Below are positions 26,120-38,500 of a stretch of 64,000 bases of DNA, piece by piece. A model generated the notes under the pieces. That model was not told where the DNA came from, ran no database searches, and saw only the letters and a program-made list of their open reading frames with translations. Source of the DNA: Octopus sinensis (lineage: Eukaryota); assembly GCF_006345805.1 (NCBI RefSeq), contig NC_042997.1:89962001-90026000 (forward strand), given 5' to 3'. The position numbers and the translations under genes were made by a program. Position 1 is the first letter of the stretch; each line of letters starts with the position of its first letter.

Positions 26120-26700
26120 AGGTATGAGAGCTGAATGAGTTCTCTGTTGGTTCTAGATTTAGAGAGCTACAAGTGGAAATTTATGACAGAAAGGAGTAAC
26201 AGACAGCAATCCAAAATATAGAGGAAAACTGACAGATTCTATGGGATAACCTGCTGAGGGCTACAGACTAGCCCTGTAGTTGGTGCAAGTTCCTGGCTAA
26301 ACATATGATGTGACAGTAGAATAATATTGTAGATGGAGCCATAACAACTTTGAGAAAAATATCAAGTACCTAGAAGAGAAAGTAAATGACTTGGGTACAA
26401 AACAAAGAAGGTAAAGTAAATGACTTGGGTACAATTTGAGGATCAGAGGCATGTTGTGTTCTTGTTTGCTATGAATTGTACATGAGAAAGTGGAGAACTA
26501 ATAGCCGAGAAGTGTGTATGGAATAAAAATGGCACATTTCTTCTTAATGATGCTGAAGAGTATGAGGTATGGATGGGTTACTGTGAGTGGTCTACTAGAT
26601 AGAAGATCATGTAAATCCAACAGAGAGAGAAGCCTCTGAGTTGACTGCAGTCTGGTAGATGGAGCATGGCATGATCTCTCAGCTGTGCTTAGGAGAGTAC
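26120..26700 (+). mobile_element. Old RTE fragment (endonuclease-RT linker)
   Basis: DNLLRATD..CKV..NN.VD.AI resembles the RTE linker; heavily mutated. Confidence 0.55.
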
Positions 26701-26839
26701 CAGTAACTCCAAATAAGGACTTGAACTATGACAGACAGTCTTACCCATTTCAGTATCAAAAGGGACTTAAAAATAAAGAAAATATTTAGATATGTTGTAT
26801 TAATAATATGCATAGCTATATATGTATATATATATATAT

Positions 26840-28730
26840 TTGGCACCGAGTACAGTGAAGAATTCAGGGTAGAGGTTGGGGTCCACCAAGGTTCAGTCCT
26901 CAGTCCCCTCCTATTTATCATAGTCCTCCAGGCAATAACGGAGGAATTCAAGACAGGATGCCCCTGGGAGCTCCTCTATGCTGATGACCTTGCTCTAATT
27001 GCTGAGTCTCTATCAGAACTAGAGGAGAAGTTTCAGGTATGGAAACAAGGTTTAGAATCGAAGGGCCTTAGAATCAACCTAGCCAAAACCAAAGTCCTAA
27101 TAAGTAGGAAGGTAGACCAATCACAAACGCCTTCAGGTAGATGGCCCTGCTCAATCTGTAGAAAAGGTGTAGGTAGAAACTCTATAAGATGCACCAAGTG
27201 TAAGCTATGGACACATAAGAGGTGCAGCAATGTCAAAGGAAGGCTAACTAGGAAGATGGTTTTTGTATGTGGCAGATGCTCAGGAACAATTAACACTGAA
27301 AACGCTCTGAGACCAACTTCTGTCACTTTCCAGGGAGAAAAGCTAGAAGTAGTTGATAGTTTCCGTTACCTAGGTGACCAAGTCAGTAGCGGGGGGCGGG
27401 TGCGCTGAAAGTATAACTGCTAGAGTAAGAATAGCCTGGGCAAAGTTTAGAGAGCTCTTACCCCTGCTGGTGACAAAAGGCCTCTCGCTCAAAGTAAAAG
27501 GCAGACTGTATGATGCATGTGTACGTACAGCCATGCTACATGGTAGTGAAACTTGGGCTGTGACTGCTGAGGATTTGCGTAAGCTCGCAAGAAATGAAGC
27601 TAGTATGCTCCGATGGATGTGTAACGTCAGTGTCATAATCGACAGAGTGTAAGTACCTTGAGAGAAAAGTTGAACCTAAGAAGCATCAGTTGTGGTGTGC
27701 AAGAGAGACGTATGCGCTGGTATGGTCATGTGATGAGAATGGCTGAAGATAGTTGTGTGCGAAAGTGCCACACCCTGGCAGTTGAGGGGACCTGTGGAAG
27801 AGGTAGACCCAGGAAAACCTGGGTCGAGGCGGTGAAGCACGACCTTCGAACTTTAGGTCTCACCAAGGAAATAACCAGTGACCGAGACCTTTGGAAGTAT
27901 GTTGTGCGTGAGAAAACCCAGCAAGACCAGTGAGAACAGTCAAAATCAAAATCAAACCAAATTGAGGTCGATCAACATCAGGGCCCCCGTGCAGGTGACA
28001 CGTAAAAGCACCATCCGTTCGTAGCCGTTTGCCAAACCTGTCTGGCCCCCGTGTCGGTGGCACGTAAAAGCACCATCCGTTTGTGTTCGTTGCCAGCCTG
28101 GCCTGGCCCCCGTGCCGGTGACACGTAAAAGCACCATCCGTTGTGGCCGTTTGCCAGCTCTGTCTGGCCCCCGTGCCGGTGACACGTAAAAAGCACCATC
28201 CGTTCGTGGCCGTTTGCCAGCCCTGTCTGGCCCCCATGTCGGTGACATGTAAAAGCACCATCCGTTCGTGGCCGTTTGCCAGCCCTGTCTGGCCCCCGTG
28301 TCGGTGGCATGTAAAAGCACCATCTGTTCGTGTCCGTTGCCAGCCTCGCCTGGCCCCCGTGCCGGTGACACGTAAAAGCACCATCCGTTTCTTGGCCGTT
28401 TGCCAGCTCTGTCTGGCCCCCGTGTTGGTGGCATGTAAAAGCACCATCCGTTCGTGTCCGTTGCCAGCCTCGCCTGGCCCCGTGCCGGTGACACGTAAAA
28501 GCACCATCCGTTCGTGGCCGTTTGCCAGCTCTGTCTGGCACTTGTGCGGGTGGCACGTAAAAAGCACCCACTACACTCACGGAGTGGTTGGCATTAGGAA
28601 GGGCATCCAGCCGTAGAAACACTGCCAGATCTGACTGGGCCTGATGAAGCCTTCCAGCTTCACAGACCCCAGTTGAACCGTCCAACCCATGCTAGCATGG
28701 AGAACGGACGCTAAATGATGATGATGATGA

Positions 28731-28734
<4 letters not shown>
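26840..28734 (+). mobile_element. Young RTE LINE, 5'-truncated, with ~9-10 x ~61-bp VNTR in the 3'UTR; (TA)n on both sides
   Basis: ORFs 26728..27408, 27374..27652 and 27658..27933 join into RT + PHD-like insert (27148..27279) + thumb; frameshifts at ~27395 and ~27640. Confidence 0.94.
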
Positions 28735-28772
<38 letters not shown>

Positions 28773-28808
28773 GTATATAATATATGTATATGTTATATGT
28801 ATATGTTA

Positions 28809-28844
<36 letters not shown>

Positions 28845-29211
28845 CATTCATATATATATATATATGAATAGATTTATATACATTCATATATATATATATA
28901 TGAATAGATTTATATACATTCATATATATAACAAAAAATATTTATAGAGAAAATTATGCCTTTATTATAGATCTCACCTTATAAGCTGACAATTGTTTCT
29001 ATTGTATTAATACACACAAATACAGGAGAGAGAGAGAGAGAGAGAGATCATTAAAATTAGTGAAATTTGAATTGAACATATGAAATATTAGCAGTACACA
29101 AACACCTACAAAAAGAATGCTTAGAGGAATTCAGTATAAGACATTGCTGTATTCAATGAATGGTGATGTCAGTGGATAACTAAAAATAGGTAAAAATAAA
29201 AAATAAACATA

Positions 29212-29613
29212 GGCGCAGGAGTGGCTGTGTGGTAAGTAGCTTGCTAACCAACCACATGGTTCTGGGTTCAGTCCCACTGCGTGGCATCTTGGGCAAGTGT
29301 CTTCTGCTACAGTCCCGGGCCGACCAATGCCTTGTGAGTGGATTTGGTAGACGGAAACTGAAAGAAGCCTGTCATATATATGTATATATATATATGTGCA
29401 TGTGTGTGTTTGTGTGTCTGTGTTTGTCCCCCTAGCATTGCTTGACAACCGATGCTGGTATGTTTACGTCCCCGTCACTTAGCGGTTCGGCAAAAGAGAC
29501 CGATAGAATAAGTACTGGGCTTACAAAGAATAAGTCCCGGGGTCGATTTGCTCGACTAAAGGCGGTGCTCCAGCATGGCTGCAGTCAAAATTACTGAAAC
29601 AAGTAAAAGAGTA
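29212..29613 (+). mobile_element. Full-length tRNA-derived SINE (the most abundant family in this window)
   Basis: ggcgcaggagtggctgtgtggtaag (A box), gggttcagtccc (B box), internal (TA/TG)n, tail gcagtcaaa..actgaaacaagtaaaagagta. Confidence 0.88.
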
Positions 29614-30099
29614 TGTTTAAGAAAAAGTATTTTTGTATTCAACTATTGGTAATGTTAGTAAATAAAGAAACAATAAAAAACAGACATAAGAATTCTACAT
29701 TACAACAATTAGAAACATAGAGAAATATAATCTGAAAAGGGCTATTTTTGTATTCAACTATTGATAACATCACTGGATAACTAAAGAATAAAAAATAAAC
29801 AAGAATTCTATGTTACAAAAATTAGAAACATAGTGGTTTTATGTCATAATAATTAGTTATCTATTTATTAAATATAGTAAACCTAGAATTAACCATATTA
29901 TGTAATATATGAAAAGCTATTATAATTAAAAATTGAAATATTTGAATGTCTTTCAAAATTTATGGCAACATTTTATTGTAAAGCTTCCATTACAATTCAT
30001 TAGAATTAATTTAGAATTATTTATAATTAAGGCAAAGACCCCTTGTAGAATTACCAATATTTTACAATGGTGCATAACTTAGAATGGACCACTTTGAAT

Positions 30100-30335
30100 C
30101 ATACTTAAGCCCCAAATGCTTTTGCTAAGATTTGTACAATTACTTTTTCTTCTGTACTTAAATGAATAAGAATGATTATGAAATCTAGATTCCCAAATTG
30201 TAACAGATTAATCAATAGAATAATACAATCCCCTGTTATTACCTTACACTGATAGACTATATTTTTCCTTAAACACTGATTTTCTAAAAGGCATGCAATT
30301 TTGCTTTTACAATTGTATAGACATTTATTCACTTA
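30100..30335 (-). mobile_element. Penelope-like GIY-YIG endonuclease remnant
   Basis: NCKSKIACLLENQCLRKNIVYQCKV matches the PLE CNC..CPL.G.CL...VYQ..V motif. Confidence 0.72.
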
Positions 30336-30609
30336 TAGTTGAATGTTGTTAACCAAATTCTTTTAAAACTCAGTGCTTTATTGATATCTGCCTGAATTTT
30401 TAATTCTTTTTTTTTAATGTGACTGAGGGTGATGAAACACCTATATTGCACCTCAGTCACAATTAGTGACAATAAAACTTTTCCTTTATGATATTTTATT
30501 GTGCCTAGCTATTTTTATATATATATATATGGATGGAACCTGTATATATATATGTGTGTGGATGGAACCTGTAGTAGAGGTAGGCCTAGGAAGAGGTCTA
30601 TGTCTACCT

Positions 30610-31047
30610 AGATAGAAGAGATGAGGTGGTGAAGCACGATCTTCGAACTTTGAGTCGCACAGAGGCATAGTGGCTGAGTTCCTTTCAAGCATTGGACCTC
30701 ATGGAGGCAAAGTGGCTGAGTTCCTTTTGAACATTGGGTCTCACAGAGGCAAAGTAGCCAAGTCCTTTTCGAGTGTTGGGTCTCATGGAAGCAATGACCA
30801 AGACCTTTGGCATTAGAAGAAGACCCATCAAGCTGAGCAAAATCACAGTCGTAGCAGATACCAGTGTCATGCAAATGGCCTGTAAAAGTACCTGTTACAT
30901 TCTTGAAGTGGTTAGCATTAAGAAGGGCATCCAGCCATAGAAAACCATGCCAAATCAAACTGGAATCTGGTGCAGCATGCCAGTCCATTCAAACCGTCCA
31001 ACTCATGCCAGCATGGACAACGGACATTTGATGATGATGATTATGAT
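30610..31047 (+). mobile_element. Old RTE 3' end containing a 42-bp tandem repeat
   Basis: [11 protein letters not shown], 42-bp units at ~30657, 30699 and 30741, then 3'UTR and gatgatga tail into (TA)n. Confidence 0.75.
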
Positions 31048-31718
31048 ATATATATATATATGTGTGTGTATAAAATTTGTGTTTGTATGTGTGCTTATGT
31101 ATGCATGTATATATACATATATGTCTGTGTATGCATGAGAGCAGAATAAAACAGGAGATTTAGTCATACTCTTTATTATAACATAAATTACATAATCTTT
31201 ACACATGTTTCACTGGCATTTTTTGTATATCATGCAGTAATCATTACATTGATGATTGCATAATAAACTTAAATACCAGATCATAAGAAGAAAACAGTAA
31301 TTTAACCCATTGTTATTTACCAGTATCCATTAGTAGACATAACTAAATGAAAACTGCATGTAAATATAGTAGAAAATTTTATATATAACAGTTAAGAAAA
31401 GAAATTTTATTATAATATTACTGTTAAATCAAGATAGAAAAGAAAAAGAAAATGTTTAAACTGAGGAAAAGCAAAGAAGAAATTTGATGCTGCAATTATC
31501 GTAGGTCAAAATAAATTTTGAATTAATGATGATAAATAGCTTAGAATTTAGTAGTAGATAGACACACATGCTCATACATCTTTACGCATATGCTGATGAT
31601 CTAGTTTTCTTTATATGTACATGTATATATGTATGTAAAAAGTATATATATGTACATTTGTGTGTATGTATGTATATATATATATATATTGAAAGGTTTG
31701 GAGATGATGTACAGGTAT

Positions 31719-32000
31719 TATATTTTAGAAGAAATGAGGTACTCAGAAATCCAGTTGGTTTTATATTTACAGATATTTATTAGTATGTTACATGTTTTTA
31801 TACATCATATATCATATATTAGTGCTTTCGTCCATTCTAGTGAAGTCTTCAAATTGAACTCAATTTCAAGACTTCACCACTAGAATGGACAAAAGCACTA
31901 ATATATGATATATGATGTATAAAGACATGTAACATACTAATATATATCTGTTAATATAAAACTATCCGGATTTCTGAGTATCTCATTTCTTCTAATATAT
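31719..32000. repeat. ~280-bp near-perfect spacerless palindrome (foldback or MITE-like)
   Basis: Left arm tagaagaaatgaggtactcagaaatcc...gtgaagtctt pairs with aagacttcac...ggatttctgagtatctcatttcttcta; centre aaattga-ac-tcaattt. Confidence 0.92.
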
Positions 32001-32075
32001 ATATAGAACAAGATAACTTACATGCTCCTTTTTGTTAAGAAGCTATTATAATTGTTCTCCCTCTTTCTTTTCCAG

Positions 32076-32154
32076 TCTTAGCCACAGTTGCATTTGCATT
32101 CCTCCTGTTACCAATGTGTCAGTATCTTATCCGACCATGTTCCAGTGGACAAAA
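32076..32154 (+). CDS. SPPL3: SPPL3 exon (VLATVAF...SSGQK), first exon found in window
   Basis: Pyrimidine tract + ccag acceptor at 32074-75, aa|gtaagt donor; phase 1 to phase 2. Confidence 0.93.
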
Positions 32155-33476
32155 GTAAGTGACTCTCTCTCTCCCTCTCTCTCATTGCAGAACAATTGTT
32201 AAAAAGTCTATGAAACACCGTCAGGCATTGTGGATAGTGAAATTAGATTTAATAAATAAATTTAATAAACTAAATGCACAAAAATTGTCAAACAGATGAA
32301 CATTAATAAAAACCCTTGTAAAATGCTGAACTAAATTCATCGTACCCAACCTTAAACTAATAATATACTACAAAAGCACCAAATCCCAAACTTCCTTATT
32401 AGTAATACAATACAAAACATTTGAGCCCAGGAAAAAACTGTGGATGACCAACATGATATGTAAGTTTATCTATAAAAGTCTGTGTTGCAAACTTCAAGAT
32501 ACTAGCCGTTACAGTAGATAGACTATTCTTCTACTTGTTTCAGTCATTTGATTGCGGCCATGTTGGAACACTGCCTTGGGGGGTTTTAGTCAAAAAATTT
32601 GACCTCAGGATCTCCTTTCTTAAAAAAAGCTTAGTACTTACTCTATCAGCGTCTTTTGCCAAAGCGCTATGTTATTAGGATGTAAACACACCAACACTGG
32701 TTGTCAAGTGGTAATGGCCACACACACATACGATGGGCTTTCTTTCAGTTTCTGTCTACCAAATCCACTCACAAAGCCTTTGTTGGCCTGAAGTTGTAGT
32801 AGAAGACACTTGCCCAAGGGGCCTCAGTGTGGGATTGAACCTGGAAGCATGTGGTTGGGAAGCAAGCTTCTTATCACACAATATTATACTATACTGCACA
32901 ATATTATACTGCAATTAGTATAATACTCTCATATAGCTCACTATGTACTTGTAACATAGAGCTGTGGCACAATATTATGGCACACACCACAAAATGAAGT
33001 TAAGTTAGGAAAATACTAGAGGAGAATATTGACATACTTTATAAAATTCCATACAAAAATAGAAGAGTTATTACAACCATTGTCACATGACAATACAATG
33101 CAAAATTAACTCGCAAGTGCTCATCCAAAAAAAAAAAAAAAGAGTAACATTTGACTCCTGACATAAAAAATAAATAAAAACCTGATGGTCAAAATCTGAT
33201 CACAACAAACAAGTCAACATTTAACTGTTGATTTATGATGCTATTGGTCAACAAACCTTTGGTGGGAAAGTCTACATGAATTAAGTCAGTACATAAGAAA
33301 CAACGTTTATGCTAATTATATTCGTTTCATTTCTTGAATGGTTGTTTAGAAATGTCAGATATAGATTTAGGAACATACTCATGTATTTAATATAACATGC
33401 AATAAAGTATGTGTATATATATACTATATATAATATGTGTGTGTGTGTGTTTACATGGGTGCACACACACACAAAG

Positions 33477-33514
<38 letters not shown>

Positions 33515-33544
33515 TATATATTAATAAATATATACACACACACA

Positions 33545-33575
<31 letters not shown>

Positions 33576-35156
33576 CAGGGTGTCCCCACCAAAACTTTAT
33601 ACATGCATTGATAGATTATGAAGTCAGTGTTTATTATAAAACATTTAATTTTCAAAATTTTGCAGAATCTATTGGCAGAAATTAGTGGTTTTATGAATGC
33701 CTGTTTTCAATCTGATGGCCATTCTGTTCCAGCTACTACTGATAATACAAATAAATGGAATCACAATCATTAAGAAACATTTTGTTTGGTTTTTGCATGC
33801 ATTCTCATTCAATGGCCACTTTCAAATCATTGATTGTTGCTGGTCTTATTCTGTTAACTTTATCGTTTGAGTATCCTCTTCCAAAAAAATAAAAGCATCT
33901 AGTGGTGTGATGTCCAGTGAACATGGAGTGTATTCTACAAGACCTCTTCATCCAATCCAATTATTTGACAAAGTCTCATCATGGTACACCCTTATGTTAG
34001 TGTGGGGTTGCCCATCTTGCTGGAAATAAAACTTTACATCTTCAAAAACCTTTTTAATGATTGGCATGACAGATTGTTGCAGCAAGTTCAAGTAAATGGG
34101 ACCAGTCTCTGTACCATCAAAAAAAGAATGATCCAATTAATCCTTTCGATGATAAACCACACCATACTGTAGCTCCTGGTTAATTAACATGATGTTTCTC
34201 TGTAATATGCAGATTCTCAGGTCTGTCGGAAGTGCAGTTATGATGGTTAACTGAACAATTTAATTTTTCATGTAACCTTATCTCTCCAATCATTGTTGGA
34301 AAATTTGCATCTTCTACACATCTCGCCAAGTACCACTCATAAAACTTCACTCTGCTAACTGTGACACCAGTGCCTGTTCTGGCACTGTTTTTCTATATGT
34401 TGCTTGCAGGGAGATGAATCACTGCTATCTCTGGTGGTCAAGTATTCATCGTTGTCAATACCAAGGAAGGTTGAGATCACATGATCTGGTGGTCTTGACA
34501 ATCGAGATGGCAGGGATTTATCTCCCCACTAGCAATATAAACAAAAGTCCATTCTACACCAATATGAGAGTTTCTCTCATGGTATCTGTTGCAGTGAAGT
34601 TTGTTCTATCAGAGCTGTCACATTTAAGTGGGGATAAATATTTTCACTTTTTGGTCCACATCATCTTCATTGAACACAGACAATTCTTGGAATGTTACTG
34701 TTTCAGTGACAGTGCTTCACAATGTGATGAATGCTTCATTTTGAAATTCTGAATGTTTGAAAGTCCTGACTCACAACTTACTTGCTGCACAGGTTTTCTT
34801 GAGCTCTGGCACTACTTTTATAGTACTGCTCCCTGCATTGTGGGGTTTGTCCAGTGTCTGCAATCTTCTGGAACATACCTTGTGGACATTCTGAACAGTT
34901 CCATCTGTCTCTGATTTGTGTGATGATAAGTTACATAGGTGGATATCTGAAACCCCTCCTAAACTGTCTTTGCACTTTCACTGTATCTTTAAACTTACTG
35001 AAGTGCCATAGGATAAATTCTATTTATTCAAACCTTAGTCTGGCTACCTTTATTTTTCTAATGGGTTATATCTAAAAAGAAATGAAAATTGAGACATTAG
35101 CTGTTAAAGTGTGTGTACATTTTGGTGGGATACTCTATATAGATGTATATTTGTAT

Positions 35157-35203
<47 letters not shown>

Positions 35204-35497
35204 TGTGTTTGTATATATATAAGTCAGAAAAAAGATGCACTCCTATATTTGTCAATAGGGCAGGTATACTAACCAAAGTATATAGTATTATAGATCAACT
35301 ACAACCAATCTTACTATTTGGTTTCAGAAACCAGTTGGTACGTGGCTGTGTGTTAAGAATTTCGCTTTCCATCCACATACTTCTGGGTTCAATCCCACTG
35401 CATGCCACTTGGAGCAAGTCTCTTCTACTATAGCCTGGGACTGACCAAAGCTTTGTGAATGGATTTGGTAGAAGGAAACTGAAAGAAGACTGTTGTG

Positions 35498-35568
<71 letters not shown>

Positions 35569-38500
35569 GGTAAAGATCCTCTTTGGCCTTGAATAGCCTT
35601 GAGATTGCACCTGAAAAGTTCCCATCTGAAGTACAAGTCTGGGCAAGATTGTTTATTGAAGAATAGCACTTGCCCATGCATACCAACCTACCCTCTCTAT
35701 GCCACTGATGTTATCTAAGGGAAAGGCAAAGGTCAGTACAGCTTGGCATCAGTGATGTTGCAACTCATTTCTACAGCTGAGTGAATTGGAGCTACATGAA
35801 ATAAAGTGTCTTCCCCATGTACACAACACACAGCCCAGTCCAAGAATTGCACTCACTACCTCATGATTGTGAGCCTGGCACTCTAACTACTGAGCCATGT
35901 ACCTTCACTGTATGTGTGTGTGTATGTTCCCTCAGTACTGCTTGTGAACTAGTGTTGCTGTGTTTATGTCTCCATAACTTAGCAGATCAACAAAAAAAAA
36001 CTGATAGAATAAGTACCAGGCTTAGAAAGAAAATAAGTACTTGGGTTGATTTGTCTAACTAAAATTCCTCAAGGCAGAGCCACAGTCTAATGACTGAAAC
36101 AAGATAAAAGATATATATATACCAGTGTGTGTGTGTTTATCCATCCAGCTTGCAGTTGTTAAACCTTTAGTGTTTTGTTTTATCTCTGTTTACTTCTTAA
36201 TGTCCTGCAAATCTGACAAAACCTAATTGTCTTGTAGTGCTGCTGCATCTTAAACCATTATCTCCAAATCATAGACACTGGCAATTTAATGCTCATTATC
36301 TCACTGATTTATTACCCTAAATAATATTTTTCTCACTGATAAAGTTTTGATAATGGTAAGATGATGTTGATCAGGGCCTAACTCTAGTTGACTCATCTAG
36401 TTTTACTTTTACAGAATAACAAAATGTTTGTTTGTACGTCAGTAGGAAGTTTCAATGACTTGATCATTGCTGAGATTATCTATCTATCTATCTATCTGAA
36501 TCTCTCTCCCTCTCTCACTTAGATCCGTTGATTATTTTAGAATTGCAGTTGTGTTGGCAGAGCTGTGATTGTGTTGGTAACTAATTATAATTGGTCAGTA
36601 GACTGGCAGAATCAGTAGAGTATGTGGTAAATTACTTTGTGGCACCTAGTTAAAGCCCTTCACATTCTGGGTTCAACTTTACCTTACAATCATCTATTGG
36701 TCAATAAAATTAAAGTAACAAGCTTGCTGTGTCGTTAAGAAACTACCCTTACAACCATTTGGTTTCTGGTTCAGTCTCACTGTGTGGAACCTTAAACCTT
36801 GGGCAAGCATTTTCTAAAGTCCAAGGCTATAGTAGAAGAGACTTGCTCAAAGTGTCATGCAGTGGGATTGAACCCAGAAGTATGTGGATGGAAAGCGAAA
36901 TTCTTAACACACAGCCACGTACCAACTGGTTTCTGAAATAGTAAGATTGGTTGTAATTGATCTATAATACTATATGCTTTGGTTAGTATACCTGCCCTAT
37001 TGACAAATATAGGAGTGCATCTTTTTTCTGACTTATGAATTGCTAAATGACATGTATATATATATGCAAACACATACATAAATACAAATATATTTGGTTT
37101 CTGGTTCAGTTTCACTGTGTGGAACTTTAAACCTTGGGCAAGCATTTTCTACTATTGACCAATGTGTCGTGAGTGGATTTTGTAGATACATACTGTGTGT
37201 ATTTGTGTTTGTGTCCCCCTTCTAATGTTTGACAACTAGTTTTAGTTTGTTTACCTCCTCATAACTGCAGTTTGGCAAAAAGTCCAATAAAGTAAGTGAT
37301 AGGATTAATCTGCTTGAATAAAACTCTTCAAGGCAGTACCTCAGCATGGCCACAGTCCAGTGACTGAAACAAATAAAAGATGAAAGATAACAGTCAAAGC
37401 AATGGATTGATTTACCTATATATACCTCCCTAAATGTATGGCCTCCATTAACTTTAGAAATCAGTAATTTATTTCAGTGTGTAATATTTTTCATGTACTG
37501 ACACCACCACCATGATAAAGACAGGTGCGAGCATGGCTGTTGCTTCCCTACCACATGATTCTGGGTTCAGTCCTGCTGCGTAGTACCTTAAGCAAGTATC
37601 TTCTAATATAGCCTCATGCTGACCAAAGCCTTATGAGTGGATTTAGTAGACAGAAATTGAAAGAAGCTTGTTGTATATGTGTGTGTGTCTTTGTGTCTGT
37701 GTTTGTCCCCCACCACTGCTTGACAACTGCTGCTGGTGTGTTTACATTAGCAGTGTGTAACTTAGCAGTTCAGGAAAAGAGAGTGATACAATAAGTACCA
37801 GACTTAACAAAAAAAAAAAAGACAATTAATTAGAACTGGGATTAATTCATTCAACTAAAAAAATTCTCCAAGACAGAACTCCAGCATGGCTGCGCTCTTA
37901 TGACTGAAACAAATAAAAGAAAAAGATGATAACTGGGGGAAGAAGTATATCATATTTCTTAAATTTGTAGATTTTTGTCTGTCTTGCTTCCTACTCTTCA
38001 ATTGTAAATGTATTTTCCTATTTTCCTTTCATCAGTTGACAAGAATCTAACTATTACATGATTAATACCAGTTGGTTAAATTAATGAACGATTATACCAT
38101 GTAACAGAATTTTAAGATTTTTTTGTTTGTTTTTTGGTCAGTAAGTGTTATTTCCTATTTGCTTCTGTCTAGAAATCAAAGAAAATGACTACTATTCTCT
38201 TCAAACGGTGCTATTGTGACCTGAACATCAATGTTTTGAAACTGACCTGTTTTCCATTACATTTCAGATAGATTCAGCACTGAGTTGCTGAGCAAATATT
38301 CTGCTCAATACCACATGTTTGCTTGCTAGTTTGCTTGTCAGTTTCTTGACTGTAACCACTTGAGCATGTCCCTTAGTGGCTGACAATATGTACATCTCTG
38401 ATCATGTGCAGGAGTAGTTGGAGAGCATCATAGCCATGTGTTGAGAAGGATTCTCTGGGGTTTTAATAAATGTAACAAAAGCAAAGTTTGAAGGAAATAT

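Noticed and set aside
27860-28685. Overlapping 157-235 aa ORFs on both strands
   Set aside because: By-products of the GC-rich VNTR, which lacks stops
29212-29290. tRNA-like A/B boxes (also at 41105, 45792, 17511)
   Set aside because: SINE heads without a cloverleaf, followed by SINE body and tail; not tRNA genes
29120-29835. Degenerate ~125-bp repeat (about 3 copies) interrupted by the SINE at 29212
   Set aside because: AT-rich local slippage duplication with no further structure
30420-30462. Hairpin gtgactgagggtg...cacctcagtcac containing ctgag..gaaac
   Set aside because: Core is CTGAGGG with no stem II; only a small inverted repeat
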